Assembly: GCA_021809925.1 (NCBI GenBank)
Contig: JAJZJV010000003.1
Coordinates: 1-39,053 of the forward strand
Direction of reading: 5' to 3'
Source: Candidatus Micrarchaeota archaeon
Lineage (GTDB): Archaea; Micrarchaeota; Micrarchaeia; Micrarchaeales; CABMGC01
Length of the DNA: 39,053 bases
Position numbers and translations under genes: made by a program. The first letter of the stretch is position 1, and every line of letters begins with the position of its first letter. This document shows positions 34,944-39,053 of this stretch, in pieces. Below the pieces are notes generated by a model that was not told the origin of the DNA, did not search any database, and worked only from the letters and a program-made list of their open reading frames with translations.

Positions 34944-36560
34944 TCAGTATAATGCCTGACTTCCCTTCCCGCTCGGCCTTGTGAACGATATTATAACTGC
35001 AATAAAGACCAAAGCTGCGAAGATTATGAATATACTATGGAATGCCGACATGAATGTAAGCCACTTGCTTTGGTAAGCTGCGGAATTTACCACGCTCGAT
35101 GGAAGGTTGCTAGTAGTGCCAACGAAGAGCGTCACAAAGCTAGATATGTTAACCGTGGATCCTATGAAGACAAAAGCTATCGTCATACTAAGCATCATTG
35201 CGACATTCATCAGTGTTGAGTTTATTGCAGATCCTACTCCCCTTTGATGTGGCTCAACGCTGCTCATTATCGATGATACATTTGGCGATGCAAATAAGCC
35301 TCCGCCTATCCCAGCAAGCAGCATCACTGTAAGAAGTAAGTAGTAGGATGCGGTTTCTGGAAGGAATATTAGTATCAGCAATGATGCCAACGATAATATC
35401 AAGCCCAAGGTTGTCAGAACCCTGTATCCGTGCCTATCTGATAATATCCCGCTTATCGGTCCAACAACAAGGAATCCAAGGCTTAATGGTATTAGCATAA
35501 GGCCAGCATTCAGCGCACTAAATCCTTTCACTCCTTCAAGGAAGAAGACAAGAAGGAACATAACTCCACCCCTCCCAACAGCATTGAATGCGCTTGAAAG
35601 AACGCCTGCAGAGTATAATCTGTGCTTAAAGAGCTCAAATTTTATTATCGGTTGCTTAGCAAATCTTATCTCATTTATCAGGAGCGCTGCAAGCAAAAGT
35701 ATGAATCCTATCCCAGCAATGTAACTATATCCTAGATACGGGTAGAACGAGGCCTTGAATGCTCCTGAAGCATGAGCTCCCATAGATCCCAATGTATAAA
35801 ATGTAGCAGCTAGCAACAATGTCGATATTGTCAATACTAGAAGTATCGTTCCTGATATATCAAGCCTTTGGTCTGGTTTTATCTGTGATACTTCGTGTAG
35901 CATCATGTATGCCCAGACTGTGGCTATTATCCCAACAGGCACATTTATCATAAAGATCCATCTCCATGAATAAAATGAGGTTATGATTCCTCCAAGAACA
36001 AGCCCAAGGACGCTTCCTCCAACCATTGCTACCATATTGGTCCCAAGAGCCATACCTCTCTCCTTCTGTGGAAATACCTCTGTTAATATTGCAGCAGTGT
36101 TTGACCACATCATAGCAGCTCCAATTCCTTGAAGCAGCCTAAATATTATCAGCTGTAACCCCTCGGTGATCCATCCGTTCGGTATTATAATTGAGGATAG
36201 TCCAGCAAAGAATGATCCTACTGTAAAGACTGCAAATCCAAGCTTGTATATCTTCACCCTCCCGAACATGTCCGCAAGCCTTCCAAAGAACAGGAGAAGT
36301 GTTGCTATTATTAGCATGTAGCCCATCAAGACCCATATCAGGTATGCGAAGCTTGTAGCTGTGGCTGTCTGATATGCAAGGGTCGAAGCAGCAGCGCTTC
36401 CTCCTGGTATGTGCAAGAGAATGCTCTTCAAGATGAAAGGCAATGATATTACCACTATGCTGGTATCTATGCCTGCCATCAGCATTCCAAGTGTCGTATT
36501 GGATAATACAATCCACTTGTACCACGGTTTGTCTCTATGGTCTTGTTTCTTAAAGATCAT
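34944..36560 (-). CDS. MFS transporter, 14-TM DHA2 (EmrB/QacA-like) type
   Basis: 538-aa ORF, highly hydrophobic with about 14 helices. It carries the MFS motif GRLADMFGRVKIY between TM2 and TM3. Confidence 0.85.
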   Translation of the reverse strand: MIFKKQDHRDKPWYKWIVLSNTTLGMLMAGIDTSIVVISLPFILKSILLHIPGGSAAASTLAYQTATATSFAYLIWVLMGYMLIIATLLLFFGRLADMFGRVKIYKLGFAVFTVGSFFAGLSSIIIPNGWITEGLQLIIFRLLQGIGAAMMWSNTAAILTEVFPQKERGMALGTNMVAMVGGSVLGLVLGGIITSFYSWRWIFMINVPVGIIATVWAYMMLHEVSQIKPDQRLDISGTILLVLTISTLLLAATFYTLGSMGAHASGAFKASFYPYLGYSYIAGIGFILLLAALLINEIRFAKQPIIKFELFKHRLYSAGVLSSAFNAVGRGGVMFLLVFFLEGVKGFSALNAGLMLIPLSLGFLVVGPISGILSDRHGYRVLTTLGLILSLASLLILIFLPETASYYLLLTVMLLAGIGGGLFASPNVSSIMSSVEPHQRGVGSAINSTLMNVAMMLSMTIAFVFIGSTVNISSFVTLFVGTTSNLPSSVVNSAAYQSKWLTFMSAFHSIFIIFAALVFIAVIISFTRPSGKGSQALY

Positions 36561-36638
36561 TTGCTCACTGAAAATTAGTCTAATTTTATACTATTTGAAG
36601 CACAAAGTATAAAAACCTTTAAGAAGCCATATCTGGGT

Positions 36639-36833
36639 TCACTTTGATAATTCTATATCTATCTTCTGCACCGTCTTCCTCTTTGCGTGCTCTGCAAGCC
36701 TGACGGATTTCTTTGCCATGGAATAAGCAAACTTGTTAACAATATCAGTGAATTCTATGACTGCAGTATCGCTTACGCGAAAAGCTCCCGCCTCCTTAAG
36801 GATCTTCCTTGCAGCACCGTGTGTTATTGCCAT
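36639..36833 (-). CDS. archaeal histone (HMf-type histone fold)
   Basis: 64-aa ORF: ARKILKEAGAFRVSDTAVIEF...MAKKSVRLAEHAKRKTVQKIDIEL. This aligns by eye with the HMfA/B pattern (..RIIK.AGAERVSDDA...A..LAKHAGRKTI...DIEL). Confidence 0.85.
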   Translation of the reverse strand: MAITHGAARKILKEAGAFRVSDTAVIEFTDIVNKFAYSMAKKSVRLAEHAKRKTVQKIDIELSK

Positions 36834-36915
36834 AAAGATAACCTTCTTTCTTTATGTATAAAAAGTGTTATTGAATATATAAAGCTCTTTCGTAGCAGGG
36901 TATATCAATGATTGG

Positions 36916-37404
36916 ATGGAATACAGGTCTCTTAGGGGGAGTGATTCAAAGGGCCTTATTGAGCTCATATTCTCGGTTTATCACGATGATCCATTATCCA
37001 TGTGGTTTGATTCAGAACCAAGGAAGGATGAGTTGACAGTCCTGATTGGGAACAAGCGCAGGCAGCAGAGCACTGGCAATGTTTCAGATATTATAGCATT
37101 GGATGGCAAGAAGATAATAGGCGAGTGTGAGATAGTGCGTGTTGGAATAGGCCTTGGCCTTATCGGTGTAATAATACAAAAAAGCCATAGGCGAAAAAAT
37201 GTCGGAAGCACGCTATTAAAGATCACATTGAACGATGCTAAGAAGCTCGGGATAATACGAGTATATGCTGAGATCTCATTGAGAAACGACATTGCGATAA
37301 AGTTTTTTGAGAAGATGGGTTTCTCAATGGCCTCTGCTGCCGAGGCTAATCTGTTAAGGAAAGCCCCAGGCTCAAAAACGACCATACTGGCAAAGGATCT
37401 CTAG
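36916..37404 (+). CDS. GNAT-family N-acetyltransferase
   Basis: 162-aa ORF. It has the acetyl-CoA motif A, IQKSHRRKNVGSTLLK (Q/RxxGxG/A-like), followed by A..FFEKMGF. Confidence 0.8.
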   Translation: MEYRSLRGSDSKGLIELIFSVYHDDPLSMWFDSEPRKDELTVLIGNKRRQQSTGNVSDIIALDGKKIIGECEIVRVGIGLGLIGVIIQKSHRRKNVGSTLLKITLNDAKKLGIIRVYAEISLRNDIAIKFFEKMGFSMASAAEANLLRKAPGSKTTILAKDL

Positions 37405-37406
37405 GA

Positions 37407-38033
37407 TCAGGTCGTGAAATTATACACAGCTTCAACGCTTCCATTCTGCTGGCTTAATATATCATACAGTGATGTCGGTGTAGACTTTGATGAATAGACA
37501 ACTACCCATACATTGCTAAAGTTCCTCCCACTCAGCATCGTTCTGTTCTTGTATGTGGCTCTTACTATTACGTTCGAGAATCCGTATTGGCTGATATATC
37601 TCATTACTCCTGTTGTATTGCTTATGTATGAGAAGGTTATAGCTGCCGGATATGACTCTATTTCATAAGGGCCACTGCCTCCATATCCATATATCTGGCA
37701 TGCATCTGTGTAACTGTTTTCTGTTCTGTTTACTAGCCCGTATTTTGGATAATCAAATGAATAAACAGAGTATGATGGGCATGGGCTAGTCGCATTGTAG
37801 ACTACTGACGCTATGATATGCCAGCTTCCGGGGTAAACCGAAGGAGATGCATTTAATATATTGATGGCTGCGTTCTGGTTTGAGTTCTTTAAATCTGTTA
37901 GGACTATCTGTGCAGCTTCCTGGCTCGTCACAGCTCTCTCACCAAGGTGAAGCCCAACTACTACGTAATAAAAAGCAATCATGATTACTATTATTACTGC
38001 AGCGACAATAACTGTCTTTGACAACAAATCCAT
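37407..38033 (-). CDS. membrane-anchored, sequon-rich extracellular protein
   Basis: 208-aa ORF with an N-terminal TM anchor (TVIVAAVIIVIMIAFYYVVVGL) and eight N-x-S/T sequons. No family is recognised. Confidence 0.6.
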   Translation of the reverse strand: MDLLSKTVIVAAVIIVIMIAFYYVVVGLHLGERAVTSQEAAQIVLTDLKNSNQNAAINILNASPSVYPGSWHIIASVVYNATSPCPSYSVYSFDYPKYGLVNRTENSYTDACQIYGYGGSGPYEIESYPAAITFSYISNTTGVMRYISQYGFSNVIVRATYKNRTMLSGRNFSNVWVVVYSSKSTPTSLYDILSQQNGSVEAVYNFTT

Positions 38034-38071
38034 GTTTAACCATCAGATTCAATATATAAAAATCTTGCTAA

Positions 38072-38140
38072 GTGGCATCCTCCAACGACTAAAGGTCGTT
38101 GGCTTCCAGGGTGGCTATGATTGGTCGTCATTATGCCACC
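38072..38140 (-). ncRNA. structured IS605-type right-end region / candidate omega (re)RNA scaffold of the TnpB gene
   Basis: There is a perfect 8-bp hairpin CCAACGAC-TAAAG-GTCGTTGG (38082-38102). It is enclosed by GTGGCAT (38072-38078) pairing with ATGCCAC (38134-38140). The region straddles the tnpB stop codon. Confidence 0.35.
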
Positions 38141-39053
38141 CGTATAGTTCCTCGTTCAACGAAATCAGCCTTCATTGCTGAAGGACTTACAATATCTCCA
38201 GAGGCGTGGCTTCCCCCTTGTCCAGAGGTAGCTCTTTTTAGTATATTTATGCTTGCATTCAAATCCCTGTCCTTTGACATTCCGCATTTTTGACAGTGGA
38301 ATGTTCTTTCAGACAGAAGCATATCCTGAATGTTTCCGCATTCACTGCACGTCTTTGAGGTATCTTTAGGATTTACACCAACCACTACGCAACCAGCACT
38401 TTCAGCCTTGTATTGTAAATAGTTGATGAAATTACCCCAAGATTCTTCGCCTATACTTCTTGCAAGATGATGATTCTTCATCATATTTGCAACCTTGAGT
38501 TCCTCGTATGCAATGAATGAGTATGAATTGACAAGATTATACGATAGCTTATGAAGCCAGTCTTCTCTTATTCGTGCAGTATGCTCGTATTTCCTTGCGT
38601 AGTTTAGAACTGCCTTTCTTCTCTTATGCGAGCCTTTCTTCCTCCTTGAGATTATTCTTTGAAGCCTTTTGAGTTTGGTTCTGTCCGCCTTTGAGATGTG
38701 TTTATTTTGAATGATTGAGCCATCTGACAGAACTGCATATTTGTTTATGCCCAAGTCCATGCCGACTTTATCTCTGTTGTTTGATATGAATGGATTATCT
38801 TCTTTTTCAACTGCAAGCGCAATATACCACTCCTGCGACTTCGTTTTCTTTATTGTTCCCTCAATCTCTCTGTGGTTCATGAAGTTTACTCTTCCTATTT
38901 TTTAAAGTTCTACTCTCTTCTTTTCAATCTTGAAACCTAATTGTGGATATGTTAATGAAGATACAAACGTTCTATATCTTGGAAACCCAACTTTTACTCT
39001 CTTTCCCTCTTTCTTTTCTTTACACCTTCTGAAGAAATACCTGTAAGCATCAG
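38131..39053 (-). pseudogene. tnpB: IS200/IS605-family TnpB (OrfB) RNA-guided nuclease homolog, with an in-frame TAA and 5' truncation by the window edge
   Basis: RuvC-I: VGMDLGINKYAVLSDG. RuvC-II: IAYEELKVANMMKN. Zn finger: CSECGN...CQKCG. RuvC-III: DRDLNASINIL. The same frame continues upstream (..GFPRYRTFVSSLTYPQLGFKIEKKRVEL*KIGRVNFMNHREIEG) through a TAA at 38902-38904. Confidence 0.8.

Noticed and set aside
35037-36525. Out-of-frame ORFs (60-128 aa) inside the MFS transporter gene
   Set aside because: The 538-aa frame has the coherent 14-TM hydrophobicity pattern and the MFS motif. The others are shadow ORFs.

Overview
This is an AT-rich, gene-dense archaeal chromosomal segment with about 40 CDS. 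The archaeal call rests on the 16S rRNA sequence, an HMf-type histone, a class-I HMG-CoA reductase, a split transketolase, and introns in both a tRNA and the 16S gene. The 16S is very divergent: it has mismatches at 'universal' primer sites, a protein-coding intron, and no linked 23S. That pattern is reminiscent of DPANN/ARMAN-like or other small-genome lineages, but I cannot place it without a database search.

Left to right, the window contains:
- a LamG-like surface-protein 3' fragment, an alpha/beta hydrolase, proline dehydrogenase and hmgA
- a five-gene Tad/Epd-like type IV pilus assembly operon (wHTH-coiled-coil protein, ATPase, K/E-rich protein, two single-domain T2SSF platform proteins)
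- three tandem RCK/TrkA-N paralogs
- an intron-containing tRNA-Gln and an S2P protease
- a ~14.5 kb glycosylation island: three GT2 genes, an FkbM methyltransferase, a CDP-hexose operon with an embedded split transketolase, and a GmhA-GmhB-SDR-HddA heptose operon. The island is interrupted by a decayed IS200/IS605 tnpA and a decayed IS5-family element.
- an isolated 16S rRNA gene with a ~490-nt intron encoding a degenerate LAGLIDADG protein
- a 615-aa Ala/Ser-rich repeat protein
- an AbiEi/AbiEii toxin-antitoxin cassette flanked by 65-bp direct repeats. These repeats duplicate the 3' end of an unannotated compact RNase P RNA on the minus strand.
- a BofA-like membrane protein, an MFS transporter, a histone, a GNAT, a sequon-rich secreted protein, and a TnpB gene with an in-frame stop

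No CRISPR array was seen. All assignments come from reading motifs by eye; no searches were run.
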